From NCBI RefSeq assembly GCF_006345805.1, contig NC_043005.1, positions 10,602,001 through 10,666,000 on the forward strand: a stretch of DNA of 64,000 nt, given 5' to 3'. Shown here in pieces: positions 39,141 through 52,490 of the stretch. Source of the DNA: Octopus sinensis. Lineage: Eukaryota. The notes below the pieces were generated by a model. It worked only from the letters and a program-made list of their open reading frames with translations. It had not been told where the DNA came from and searched no databases. The position numbers and the translations under genes were made by a program. Positions within the stretch are counted from its first letter, which is position 1. Every line of letters starts with the position of its first letter.

Positions 39141-40211
39141 TATATATATATATATATATTGTCCAACCCATGCCAGCATGGAAAACAGATGTTAAATGAT
39201 GGTGATGATAATACTGATGAATATTTAGTACTATCTGCATGTGTCTAGTATCAAAATGTTATCTCAATCTGCTCTTAATGTTATCACTGTCAACACTTGA
39301 GTTTTTCTCTTACTTTTAAATAACAGCTATATCAGCTGTTTTACTTACTCTTTTGACTATGCCACCTGCAAGAATATTCTGAACATAAATATTACACTTG
39401 ACTAATCAAGTTACATGTTAAGCTCTTTACACTAATTTATATTAAACAATTAATGCTTTGACGTTGCCAAGGTAGTGAAGCATTATCAATGCAAGACAAA
39501 TGACCTGTTAAAATTAGAGAGCAAATTAATTGCTACATATGAATTGTAGAGCTTGCAATGAAATGATTAGATGAAATTTAGGAATTTTTTTTTTTATTCT
39601 CACAAAACATTTAAAGAAAAGAGAAGCTCCTGGAGTGACTGATCAGATCTCGCTTGGAAAATTAACATAATTTATTACTGGTAATGAATACAGTAACAAT
39701 ATATTCCAATATAATATTTATTTTTCACTCTATTTCATGTGTATGAAATATTGATAAATCAATGCTTTGTTTGTATTTATCTATTTACTTAAAAAAAAAA
39801 AAGGTTTCCTAATTAAACTTTTCTCTGTAAGTAATCAGTGTTAATATTTAAAAAAAGAAATGAAGTTTCATATTGATTGACTTGATGCCTGCAGAGCAAT
39901 AAAGATTATCATGACTCATTTATTTATTCTATTTGTTTTTAAAATATATATCTGATCTTCAGTGAAGGCTTTTTTTTTATAAACATCCACACTTATATAA
40001 TGTTTCATTGATAATCTCCAAGTTAAATTGTTGTTTAGCTCCAGGTCAATTATAATTCTGATTGTACATGCCTTTGGTCAAAAGCATTCCATTGTTTTTT
40101 AAGGGGTATAGAAGACTACATTGTCCTTCATTTCCAATAGTAAGGTGTGATTTGAGGGAGATTTGGTTGCTCTTCATAGCTAGTCTAACAACCACAAAAT
40201 GGTTCTCTTAC

Positions 40212-40320
40212 CTTATCCTCCCTCATATGTTTCCTTATCAGATCTCAGCTCTTCATTACATAAGATTTTGGTCTTGCAGGAATTTCTGTACATTGATAAC
40301 CGGTGGCACTGTAAATTCTG
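40212..40320 (-). other. Candidate non-coding/UTR exon
   Basis: ctgac...ttttaattttcttcag(cag) acceptor, AAG|gtaaga donor; stops in all three frames. Confidence 0.35.
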
Positions 40321-41855
40321 CTGAAGAAAATTAAAAGTCAGGTTTCACTCTTCAGGCTTTGAAGGTGGATATGATGACAAGTAGCTTACTCATTGGTGAC
40401 TGAGGTGAGGTCTTAAAAGATGAAAAGACTAATGTTAACACAAATGTACTGGGAAGTATTCTAATTATGTGAGTGACTATGTTGTGAAGACCACAAAGTA
40501 TTCAGGTAGCTTGCTAGAAATATTAGATAACTTATTTCACTTTAATGACTTAAAACTGGAGATGATGATAACACACTGGATTAGATTCCCATAGGATGAG
40601 ATGAAGTAATTCAAAGAACTGTTATCTACATTTGTAATAAAGGGTTTCTCTCCGTACTCAGAAATTAAAGAGTGAGAAACTTCATATTAGGGAAGTATGG
40701 GCAGCAAATGCAAAGTATTTAGTGATTTTAATGAAACAATTTTTTATTAATTTCCCTGAAGAAGTGGGTTCTTCTGAGATTAAAAAATGTGGATAACTAG
40801 GTGAAATCATAACATCAGTTAACACTCAATTTGAATTGCTTGAAATTTAAGTTGAGAGAAGAAAGTTGGTGAGTTTACTAAAGGAATATAACTCAACAGA
40901 AAGACTGAGAAGAGTTTCCAGTATTGAAAAATACTTACTGGTAATTTTTCTTCTCTTATTTATGTTTTCATAGAAAGAGTAAGCTTCCCTCAATTAGCTA
41001 CATTAGTCTTAAATTGAATTAAAAATATTTTTACTGATATGTATTTACTAGCTGATCCATAATGTCAGTATCAAATAACTGAATGATAGTAATATTGAAG
41101 TCATATAAACCAAGGATACTAAGTTAGCTGAAAAAGTCAAATGATTGCTGGTTGAATGGATGAAGAATTTAATTATAATAGAAGGATTTCAAATAAGATA
41201 GATACAATAAAAAATTTAAAGCTATTAAAATGGCAAGCAAATTACGTAATTTGTGATCAGTATTGTAAGAAAAGTAAAAGATATTTTAGTGAACAAATTA
41301 GTGGAGCTATTTAAAAACTGAGATTTGTTATTTAAATGAAGACAAAACAGCATGGTAGAAATGTGTTGATGTATAATTATATCATAGGAAACAAATTTAT
41401 GTCTGTGTAATCACGTTATCTTGGCCATCTTCCCACTGATGTCATGACATAAAGGTTTTAAATAAAGTTGTTTCCATAGCTGATAAATTATTCAAGTACT
41501 GAGGTAACTTTTTGATATCAGGTGTAGAAAGAAATTATTTTAAGGAGTGTAGGACTTTAGACCACACTGTTGATATTTGCTCAAGTGATTGAGCATAAAT
41601 TCTATTAATACTTATGTAGATTCTTTGTTTTAAATTTAGTAGCCATCGAACAATAAGACAGACGAAAACAGCCTGATACTTTCTCATAACTATTACTAAT
41701 GTTTTATAGCCTGTTTGTGTGTTATAAGCTTTCTTGAAATAGGGAAAAATTCATATGTAGTTGGTAAACATTAATCATTGTATAAATATGTACATAAACT
41801 AAAATATATCTGCAATATATACATGTTAAGTCAAAGTGTCTAATAACGAATGTTC

Positions 41856-42087
41856 TTAACCCTTTTGATACTAACCCACCAGAGGCTGCCACTATCTTTC
41901 TTTTATATAAACTGCTTGTTTAAAGTGTTGAATATTTAAATTAAAACCAACCGTTAATATTTTCTACAAGAACCTTTCTGTTGTTTGTGATATAAATGTT
42001 ATCTTAATGCAATATTTAATTTATAAAGTTAATCAGTTTAAACATAAACATCATATTTCTTTTGAGATACGATGACAAAAGGGTTAA
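41856..42087. mobile_element. TTAA MITE, third divergent type
   Basis: ttaaccctttt...aaaagggttaa, 232 bp. Confidence 0.7.
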
Positions 42088-43255
42088 GAAGGAAACAATC
42101 ATTTTTTAGAAAGTAAAATTATTATACTTGGGTATTAATTAGAAAGACTAAAGAATTTCTCCTCAAAACAATGATGATACTGGCATTGTAGAAAGGAAAC
42201 ATCCGTCTTAAGTTTTTACTGTCCTGGTATATTTTGAAGGAAATAATTTTCAGTGTGCAAATTGAAGGAATGTTGTATTTTTTCTTATTTCATTTGTTGT
42301 ACTTAACTATTTGGTAGTAGTAACCTTTTCACATTTAATTATACTTAGATGACCTGGCTGAATAGAGCTATAAATGCAAATTATGATATGAACTCTACAT
42401 ATTAATTACATTGGGAAGCTAAAAAGAAAATGGGAAAGGAAAATATCAGATGAGGAAGTATTTGGGTCTTTTTGTCAAAAAGATATTAGGTCAGATAATT
42501 ATAGGTAATTGTTGAGTTAGTGACAATCAGCGAAATACAGATATGGGTGACTTCAGCCTGGATAGTATGACCTATTTTTCCTCTGCCGCTTTTGAAAAGA
42601 TCTATTTATCTTAAAAGAAAGTGAATACTAGGAGGCTTGGTAGTTTGTATAAAAATGTTGCAGAAAAAGCAAAAATTGGTTTGATAAATAGACTATTTGC
42701 CTACCGAAGCAGTCATCAATTTATTTTTTTCTTGGTTATGAAAAATTTGAAAATTTTGCTTGTAATTAGCTATTCAAGTTCCTAATTAAAACAGTATATA
42801 CATACTAAAGATAGAGGAAGAACTAACAGAAAGTTTTTCAAGGCTTCAATGAGATTTAAAAAAAATGTTTTGTGCTTTTATTTTCCTGTTTTCATGGTTG
42901 AGACATTTGTATGTGAATTAGGGTAAATTAGTTTTATGGTTTGATGGATGTACCTAGTTTTAATCACAAAGAAAGAAGCATTGTGCTTTGTTAAAGGTTA
43001 AACATTCGATCAACTATAAAATTCTCTCAAAGGGATTTTTCTGTTGATACAGAAATAAACCATCACCTGACTGAACATCTCATCTGGACCCACCTGTGCC
43101 TTTCACTGAGTCTACTTTGTTGTAAGCATTCAAGCTTGGTTTCTAGTTTATAGTTATCAAAATATTCTTCTTTTTCTCCTGCTAGTTTTGGAGCCCTTGG
43201 AAAATAATCATTGCTAAATAATAAAAACATTCATAAAACAAATTTCCTATCAGTT

Positions 43256-43483
43256 TTAACCCTTTAGTGTTCAGATTACTCTGTCAAATATAATGCTTTT
43301 TCATTCACATTATTTTGAATTAATCCTGCATTATCTTGTAGCTCTGAGAATTTGAGGATGTGATGGTTTATTTTGAGGATGTCATTGTAGGATATGAGTG
43401 AGGGGCCAGATGTAGATGGTTTGAACATAAAAGAAGTTAAAAATTTGGGCCGGATATGGCCGGTTTAAATGCTAAAGGGTTAA
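43256..43483 (+). mobile_element. TTAA MITE family B
   Basis: 228 bp, TIR plus TTAA. Confidence 0.9.
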
Positions 43484-44444
43484 ATTGGAAACCTCATATT
43501 TACAACCTAAAATAGGACGACATACCTATGATAAAGAGAACATGATATTTCTATACAGTAACTGAATGTTCTGGAAAACAGCTGTTAAATCTCCCTCAAA
43601 CCATACCATAATTTTGTTGGACAGTGTAATTCTAGTTATACAAAAAATATGGAATTATCATAGCAGGAATGTTTTTGGTCATAGATATCGATGAGCAATG
43701 GCATAGTGGATAAGGACATCGGTGAATATTTAGATATAAAGTCTCTTAGTTTGAATCTTGTTAGGGACCATGTACACATCCAGAAAAGAGATACCTAATG
43801 ATGGCTGCAGGTTGAACTTAGTGAAATGAATGTAAATATAAATATTGAGTGTGTGTGTATGCGCACACACACACACACACACTGTCATTTAGAAGTTTAA
43901 TCAAAGCTCATGGGTAGGTGGGTTTTCAAAGCCAATGCAGGACAGTGCAAATTGAGAGAAAATATGAGTAGCTGATGGAGAAAAGGTAGACACTGTCTAT
44001 TAGTATATGAAAGGAATAATCAATAAACAGATAGTGATCAGCTATTATTTGAAATATAATTATCTTTTGTAATAGACTCTTTGGCACAACATGATGCAAA
44101 GACAACTCAATACAGAATTTGATCCTGATCCAGCAACATCAACTTCATAACAAACAATGATTGTGTTGCTGTAGCTTATTATCCACAACTGGTCAATTTA
44201 TTAAATTAATCTTCACGATCCAAATAATACAAAGCTCAGTGGAGAAGCTTCTACATAATAGCACAACCGACTAGAAAGAACAACTAAATATCACTCATAT
44301 CACTCCTTGCTGTCTTAAATACATAAGGGATACATTAGATAATATAGGCCTTGATATTGTCTATGGAAAGATGATATGGTCACAGTTGAAATACCTTTGA
44401 TTATAAGTTTGTCTATTATTGGTTTACTAACTATAATGACATAT

Positions 44445-44726
44445 CACGTGACCGACCAGTCTATCAGATGTAGTTACACATCACTGGTCACAATGCGTTC
44501 GCATTGTTTTAACCTTTGAATGACACCACCCGCTGGCTAAGCGAGCAGGCCAGCAGAAGAAAGAGTGGTGAAAGAGTACAGCAGGGATCACCACCCCATG
44601 CCGGAGCCTCATGGAGGTTTTAGGTGTTTTAGCTCAATAAACACTCACAACGCCTGGTCTGGGAATCGAAACCGCGATCCTACGACTGCGAGTCCGCTGC
44701 CCTAACCACTGGGCCATTGCGCCTCC
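44445..44726 (-). mobile_element. SINE family 2, tail type a
   Basis: 12-bp TSD ataatgacatat (44433-44444 / 44727-44738). Confidence 0.92.
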
Positions 44727-44938
44727 ATAATGACATATAATACTTTGGAACTTACTACTTTCCTTTACTTTTCACTCTGAATTTCTTAAGATAAAAAGGA
44801 AATGTTAATTTTTTTTTTTTTTTTTAAATGATCAAAACTGAAAGTTGAAAGGGTTTTCGAGATGCTGCCCCCAAAGAAACTGTTTTCTGCAATTGTTTTT
44901 ATGCTTGCAGAAACTAATTTACATTACACTGTATTTGT

Positions 44939-45279
44939 TCATCATCATCATCATCATCATTTAGCATCCGCTTTCCATGCTAGCATGGGTTGGACGGTTT
45001 AACTGGGGTCTGTGAAGCCAGAAGGCTGCATCAGGCCCAGTCTGATCTTGCAGTGTTTCTACGGCTGGATGCCCTTCCTAACGCCAACCACTCTGAGTGT
45101 AGTGGGTGCTTTTTACGTGCCACCCGCACAGGTGCCAGACGAAGCTAGCAAACGGCCACGGACGGATGGTGCTTTTTACATGCCACCATCCGTCCGTGGC
45201 CGTTTGCCAGCTCCGTCTGGCATGTAAAAAGCACCCACTACACTCACAGAGTGGTTGGCGTTAGGAAGGGCATCCAGCC
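44939..45279 (-). mobile_element. RTE 3' UTR copy with inverted duplication
   Basis: (CAT)n tail; 45063-45171 is inverted relative to 45184-45279. Confidence 0.88.
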
Positions 45280-45495
45280 ATTCTATTAATAACTAGTTTA
45301 TATGAAGTTATAAATTGGTTTTGTTAATTTGCATTTTATTTTAGTAAATGGTTTGTACTTATGGTTGCATGCCTCACATTTCTGGGATCAGTTTCATCTT
45401 TTGCTCTTCTGTGTTGATGAAATAAATACTAGCATCATCCAGTATCCACTTATTCAATGATTATTCATCTCTCTTTTACAAATGTGAACTTCTAT

Positions 45496-45713
45496 TTAAC
45501 CCTTTAGTGTTCAGATTATTCTGTCAAATGTGATGTTTGTTGAATTAAGATGGTTTGAATTAATCCTGCATTATCTTGTAGTTTAGAGATTTCAGTGCTG
45601 TGATTTTTTAGTTTTAGAATGACATGGTAGGGCTGAGGTGAGAGGCAAGCTCTGGTCAGTTTCAATATAAAACAGGTTAAATATTTTGGCCGGTTTGAAT
45701 GCTAAAGGGTTAA
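45496..45713 (+). mobile_element. TTAA MITE family B
   Basis: TIR plus TTAA; one GCCGG unit deleted. Confidence 0.85.
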
Positions 45714-47131
45714 GGGAGACTGCAACTGAATTTTTATTTTAGTCCCTTTTTGCATTTATTTACTTTTTAATGTTTTAAAAGTAAGGGTGTTCATAAAATG
45801 TCTTACTTTAATACATCTCCTAAAATGGTAGAATAGTTGTAATGCTTTTCAAATTATAGTCAATGTATAGAAATGAGTGATTGTTTAATGATTATTGTCA
45901 AATTGCCAAAAGAATTTCCGAGTACTTCTATTCATCATAACATTGATTTGCTATGCACTTGAAAGGAAGCTAAATGGCATTGGTGCCAAGATTATACTGT
46001 GAAAGAGAGGAAGATGGAAAGCTTCTTGCCTCTAAATTAGAAAGAAAGAAAATTCATTTTGATGATGTGAAGAGATGAGATGTAGAAAAATATTAAAATA
46101 AGGATGTTTGGAGAGAAAAAAATTTGGAGACAGATGGTTTCTAGTCCATGAAATCTTGGAAGAATGCTTGCTAAATCAATTGATAATGGTATTTTCTATT
46201 AGATTTCAATTTATACATTTACTTCATGTTCCCTTTATATTCTCAAATCCTTTATTAAAATGTCTTTTTTAGTATTCCTTTTTAGAATAATCCCTGTTAT
46301 CTGAATTATTAAAAAAGAAAACTCAATCTACTTCTTAAAACATATTTGATTCAAATTGCAATTCCACTGTTATTTTTATGTTAATGTCATGTGTATAAAA
46401 CAAATTACACTTTGAATATTTTTTGTACACAGCTTCAGATGTCTTCTGAGAGCTGATGAAATTTATAAAAGCTATTATTCAGTTGCTAACTCATGCGAAT
46501 ATAAACCTATTTTTGATTCTTAAATCTCATTTACATTGATCAATTTGTTTCTTTGTGAAATATTTTAAATAAAGCTTAATGTTTAAACAAATCAATTTGA
46601 AGAAGAAATCCCATCATCTGCCATTAACTTTCTGTTTCTTTGGAGTTCTATAATTTCTTAACATGGTTCTTTCCCTTCCCCATCAAACATGTAGAAGCTA
46701 AAAAACTGAAATTTCATACTGAATTGCTGTTGAAGTAAGTCATCTTAAGAAATAAGGAATTTTCCTATCATCCCTGTAAGGGTTAACAGCTTTTATAATT
46801 TCATAATGAAGTTGTTCCAAGTAAATGTGACATAGGGAATTTAAAGGGTTTTCTCGGCTGCAAAGAAATCATGTAATGGATGTGGTAGTTTTTATTGGTG
46901 TTGAATTACTCTGGTCGTCTTTATGCAGTGATGATACCCAACTGAACTTTTGTTTGTCATTGGTTGTCGCTATCCCAACTTATTCAAGACTACTATGATT
47001 TAGAATTTTAAAGGAGAAAGCCAAGTTTTTGGTGGAATTTCAACTGCTATGTTCAGCAACTACACTGACTAAACTGAAACTTCGTTGCTGATTCACTTAA
47101 GTGTAGTTTGTGTCCATGAACTATCAGGTCA

Positions 47132-47360
47132 TTAACCCTTTCATTACTAAATTTATTTTGAGATGCTCAGTGTTTCTTCCAATTATGTTAAATATAACAA
47201 AGAATTAAGTAAAATAACATCGTTATCATTAAGCTAGAGTTAGGGACATAAATTGTGACTAAGGTTTGGTGGAAGGTTTTAATTCAGAACTTTTGAAAAC
47301 CAGACATTTGTACTAAAGAGCCAGAGCCGGTTTCAGCCGGGTTGGTAACGAAAGGGTTAA
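47132..47360 (+). mobile_element. TTAA MITE family A
   Basis: 229 bp, TIR plus TTAA. Confidence 0.9.
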
Positions 47361-47413
47361 GACTGAAATGTCTAAGTTTATATTACTTTATCTCAACTAA
47401 AAGCAATGCAGTT

Positions 47414-48258
47414 AATCAAAGTATGCACCTAAATTATCAACACAATTTTGCAATTTTATTGGTAGCTTATTTCTGCTGGCAACAAAAAATTCTGGAGAGC
47501 AAGAGGTGATGAAATCACAAAAGGCTGTTTTCGCATCTTCTTCGGATTTGAAATTTTTTCCTTGCTAAAATGTTGTTTAATGCATGGAAAACGTGATAGT
47601 CAGTTGGTGCAAGATTTGGTGAATATGGTGGATGACAGAGTACTTCCTAGTTCAGTTCCTGTAACTCAAGTAGCATTCTTTGTGCAATATGTGGTTGAGC
47701 ATTGTCTTGCAAGAGAATTAGCCTGTCTCTATTGATCAATCTCGGCTGTTTAATTGCAAGTTCACTCATCATTTCATCCAGCTGGTTGATGTATAAATCC
47801 ACAGTAATTGACTTATCAGGTCTCATGAAACTTTAGTGGATGACACCAGTGCTGGACCATCAAACAGACAATATTTCTTTTTGGATTGTGTTTTGGCACT
47901 TTCTCTCTATCGAATCACCATGCAGAATGCTTGCTATCATTGAAAATAATCCATTTTTTATCACACATAACAATACAATGCAAAAATTGTTCGCTTTTAT
48001 GCTGTGACAGCAAAGAACAGCAAGTTTCAAGACGTGTCATTTGATGCTTGTACAGTTGGTGTGGTATCCACTTATCCACCTTCTTTAACATGCCTATTAT
48101 AAATGCAAAACATCGTGGGCGAATCGACGTAAGCTTAGATAATAAACCGCGATATGGCGAGGGATTACTGTACAAGTGAACAAGTTAGGTTAATGATATT
48201 TTATTTAAGAAGTGTAGATGTTGCTTATTTGAGACAAATTTTCAGTGCATACCTAATA
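47414..48258 (-). mobile_element. Decayed mariner transposase
   Basis: KWIPHQL (WVPHEL), IVMCDKKWI (IVTGDEKW), QDNAQPH, HPPYSPNLAPTDY (YSPDLAP). Confidence 0.88.
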
Positions 48259-49383
48259 CTGTGTAGATATTTGGTGAATACACTGTCTTGAACAAAACTA
48301 ATAGAAACAAAACAACTATCAACTTTTCATTTCTGCTGCTGATAGGTCAAGAGACCATTATGATAATATAATGATTGGAAAGCTAAATGAATTTATCTGA
48401 TTCTTGCCTAAAGGAGCAGGCTAAGTTTAAACAGGGATTACTTACTATGTAGACATATTGAGTGTAGAATAGGATACAGTTAAGAAAATCACATTATTCA
48501 TCTATTTAAAAATTTTTAAAGACCAACCTGTGTTACAGGTGATTTTTATTGTAGAAAGCTGAAAGCTGGAAAAAAAAACAAAAAAAAATCATTGTGATTT
48601 GAAATATAATGTTGGTGTGTGTAGGTAAGAACTGACTTAAGTTTTGTTCAGTTATCAATCATATAGATTAGAGATAAGATAATTAGAAGGTGAATATCAG
48701 GAATACTGAATCATAATGTGTTGTGCTTGTCAAAATGCAGACCTTGGATAATCGATTTTTTACTCTATTGATCAGGCTTCAAATAACATTGTTATCCTTT
48801 ACCACTTTGTTGTCAAATACTACAAAGGCAATTGTTCAGTATATGAAGTCAAAATATTAGATAGTGTGTTTCACTGAATTGATATGGTTTGACATTACCA
48901 TTGCAATATTAACCTTTGTAACATTGTTGTCAAGTATTATAGAAGCTATGATAAATATATACACAGAGAAGACAGAACTGGGTGAAACTGATTCTAATTG
49001 TAGTACTATACACAACAAACAACAGTTACTGGAACTATGAACAGTTGCTGTAATATATACTATTTTTGGAACTGTTGCACTTTTTTGACTATATTCTTAA
49101 TGCCTACATGCTTAAATTAATATTTATTATAATCAAAATTTGGAGGAATTTGCTAAAAATATCTGTTATGTTAGATATTGCTTGTTGTTGTTTTTGTTTA
49201 GCCCTAGTTTGGTGCTGATTGAGCTATCAAAGATATCCTAGCCATGACCACCCTGTCTTATCAGCAACAACAGTCTACAATGTTTCTTTCCTTCCTCCTT
49301 TTCTGTCTTTATTTTTTGGCTGTTATGTGGTGGTGTTCAAATAAATTTTCATGCTATCATGAAATTTTCATAGAGATTTCAAT

Positions 49384-49612
49384 TTAACCCGTTGGTGTTC
49401 ACATTATTCTGCCAAAATTAATCCTTTTTCATCCACATTGTTTTTAGCTAATCATGCATTATCTTCTAACTATGAGATTTTGATGAGGTAGCTGTTCATT
49501 TTTCAAACAATATTGTAGGGTTGGTGTGAGAGACCAGATCTGGCCAGTTTGAACGTAAAACAGGCAGAATACTTTTGGCCGGATATGGCCGGTTTAAATG
49601 CTAAAGGGTTAA
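49384..49612 (+). mobile_element. TTAA MITE family B
   Basis: 229 bp; near-identical to 21934. Confidence 0.9.
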
Positions 49613-50451
49613 CTAGAATGCAGTAACCCTTTTGATACAGAGTCTCTCAAGTGAGTTGATATTAAAAAGGATACATCAATAACTCTATCACACAGTTAAT
49701 CATCAGTGATATATTCTGCTAGCCAATACTATATGTAATGATACTTCCTCACTATGAAGTTTCCAGACCTTTGTATGAAAACTACTTTGGGGATATTAAT
49801 TATAAACTTAGTCTACTGTATCTCATGAACAAATAATTAATGCACTATAAAACTAGTCCAAGAACTTTTCAATACCACCTCATCCAAAGGCTTGTCTCTC
49901 TAATTATTACCACTTTATTATTTTATCTTCTAATTATGTAATTATGCAACAAAAGTAATTTTACTAAAACAAAATGTGTGGGCTCATTGTGTAAGTGTAT
50001 TGGATCTGTATTAACTAAGTAAACCATATATACAGCATGCATTGTAATAATTATTTGTATAACAGTTGTTACAGTTAAAGACCTCTTTTATCTTAAACAT
50101 ATTATATTCAATTATAGAAAAACAAGATATATTCAGAAACAGATCCCCTTTGTGTGTGTTTGTCTGTGTGTGTGATTTAGTTGAATGAAACTTGTAGTTG
50201 CTAGTCATGCTAGGTATCTGTTTCACCAGTTCAGTCGTGACTAATGAGGCAGTAAAGACTGAAGTTTAGATAATTTTATTTGATCAACCCAGAAATAAAC
50301 TAAATCTTAACACATCCACAATTGCTAGGCAGCTGTTTCTTCAGTGATGGTTTGAATGAGTTGACAATAATGCAAACAGTTTTAGTATGTAGGAAAGAAT
50401 ACAAGTCCCTACAACCCCAGGGAAATGATGTTCTCAGAATGCAGAAAGTGG

Positions 50452-50826
50452 TGGAAGCACTCCGTCGGTTACAACGACGAGGGTTCCGGTTGATCCGAAT
50501 CAACGGAACAGCCTGCTCGCGAAATTAACGTGTAAGTGGCTGAGCACTCCACAGACACGTGTACCCTTAACGTAATTCTCGGGGATATTCAGCGTGACAC
50601 AGAGAGTGACAAGGCCGGCCCTTTGAAATATAAGGTACAACAGAAACAGGAAGTAAGAGTGGTGGTGAAAGAGTACAGCAGGGATCACCACCATCCCCTG
50701 CCGGAGCCTCGTGGAGCTTTAGGTGTTTTTGTTCAATAAACACTCACAACGCCCGGTCTGGGAACCAAAACCGCAATCCTATGACCGCGAGTTCGCTGCC
50801 CTAACCACTGGGCCATTGCACCTCCA
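50452..50826 (-). mobile_element. SINE family 2, tail type b
   Basis: Reverse match to 29841; TSD agaatgcag(a/g)aagt. Confidence 0.92.
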
Positions 50827-51099
50827 GAATGCAGGAAGTAATAGAAAGTTCATATGGTATGTTCATTTTAAACAATAGACATGCAAGGTGTGTAATGAAG
50901 CTTCAGGCAAACTAATAGTGAAAGTAGATTACACATATAGTGAGTGAAAAGAGGCTTGAATAGCAATAAATTCTCTCAAATGCTTAGTTGCTCCCTAGTT
51001 AATACTTTCTAGATGACCTAATCATCAGTGAGTGAGGTGTGGAAGCTTAGTTGTCAGAATAGGAGTAGTTTGGTAAAAGATCAACATTTGTTTCAAAAT

Positions 51100-52490
51100 A
51101 CCTAAGGGAACTGGTCTTTCCAGCACTGTGTCACCAATCCTTATAAGGCTTAGCATCCTGAGATTAGTCTTCACCCTTTCATTCCAAGTTTTCCTAAGAA
51201 ACCCCCTTCAACAAGATTCATTCATTTTGAGTGCTCTCCTTTGCTTTTACAGCTTTTATCCTCAGTTGTATTATATCTGTACCATATCAGTCTTCTCTTG
51301 TTTCCTCTTATGTCCAGGTTTTCTCTCATCTCATTTGTGCTCCACCATTCATAACCAGCAGATGATGCTTTGTCATCTCTTTCGAGTCTTTGAAAATTCT
51401 ATGCATTCAATGAGGGTTCATATCTTACTATTTTGTAGTATCACATTTCATACACCAGCAAAATACAATCTGCCCATTTGCTCAGAAGAAGAATCCCTTT
51501 ATTACTTGCAGAAATAATTGCTCATGAACTTTTCCCATCCTATTTTTACTCTAGTTTCTATACTATCAGAACAGCTGGTTCTTAAACTCCTCTGTTATGG
51601 CTATTTTTCTACACCTAATTTCTTTAGTAACCACCTGTTGCAGAGCATAATGTTTGATGCCTTCTCCTAATCAACTAATGACAGGTACAGTGGCTTACAC
51701 TTTAGCTAGGTATTTCTGTAGTTATCTCACTAGGAAGAGGCTCTCAATTGCATCTCTTCCTGCACAAAACTGAACACCATCTCATCTGTTCCTTATTAAT
51801 TGTCTTTTGATAACTTTCATAACCTCTCCATCAACTTGATGCCTCTGTATTTTCCTTTCTTTATTATATCTCCTGTGTCCTTTTAGCAGTTGATAATGAT
51901 ATTGCTATACCAGTCATTGGATATGGCACACTTCTATACTAGCTGACTGACTAGATGTGTGACTAGCTCATAATCTATATTGCCATTTTCAGCTTTTCAG
52001 TGACTATACCTGATGCTCCAGCTACCTTTCCTCTCTTCATATCTTTATTCACTCTGTCAACCTGTGGTAGTTGATCCCAGATTTGAGGTTTACTTTGTGG
52101 GTAAACCCTCCTTCTGATTTGTATTCTTTTCATTTAACAGTCTCTCATAACAGCATTTGCCAGCTGGTGATAACAGTTTTGGTAAGAGCAAGTGTACTGC
52201 TTTCATTCCAAATACACTTTTTGATGATGTCTTCATATTCTCTAGTACACAGCCTTGCAATTCAGAACACATAAGTCTGAAAGAGTTAAATGTATGATTT
52301 CAAGTTGTTGTCTTTCAGAGATTCTAGCTAATGATATAATAATTTTACTGTGCCCTACCATTTACAACGTTGAAATTTCTCATCCTTTGTCTTTCTTGTA
52401 TACATTTTATCAATATTTCTACTTACATAGTTTTAGAATTTTGTGAAAGGCCTTATCCAGTTCCACAAATGCTTGGTGTAGTGAATGTAA
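51100..52490 (-). mobile_element. Heavily decayed RTE LINE fragment
   Basis: KVAGASGIVTEKLK and AFVELDKAF remnants; homologous to 29540-30780. Confidence 0.6.
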
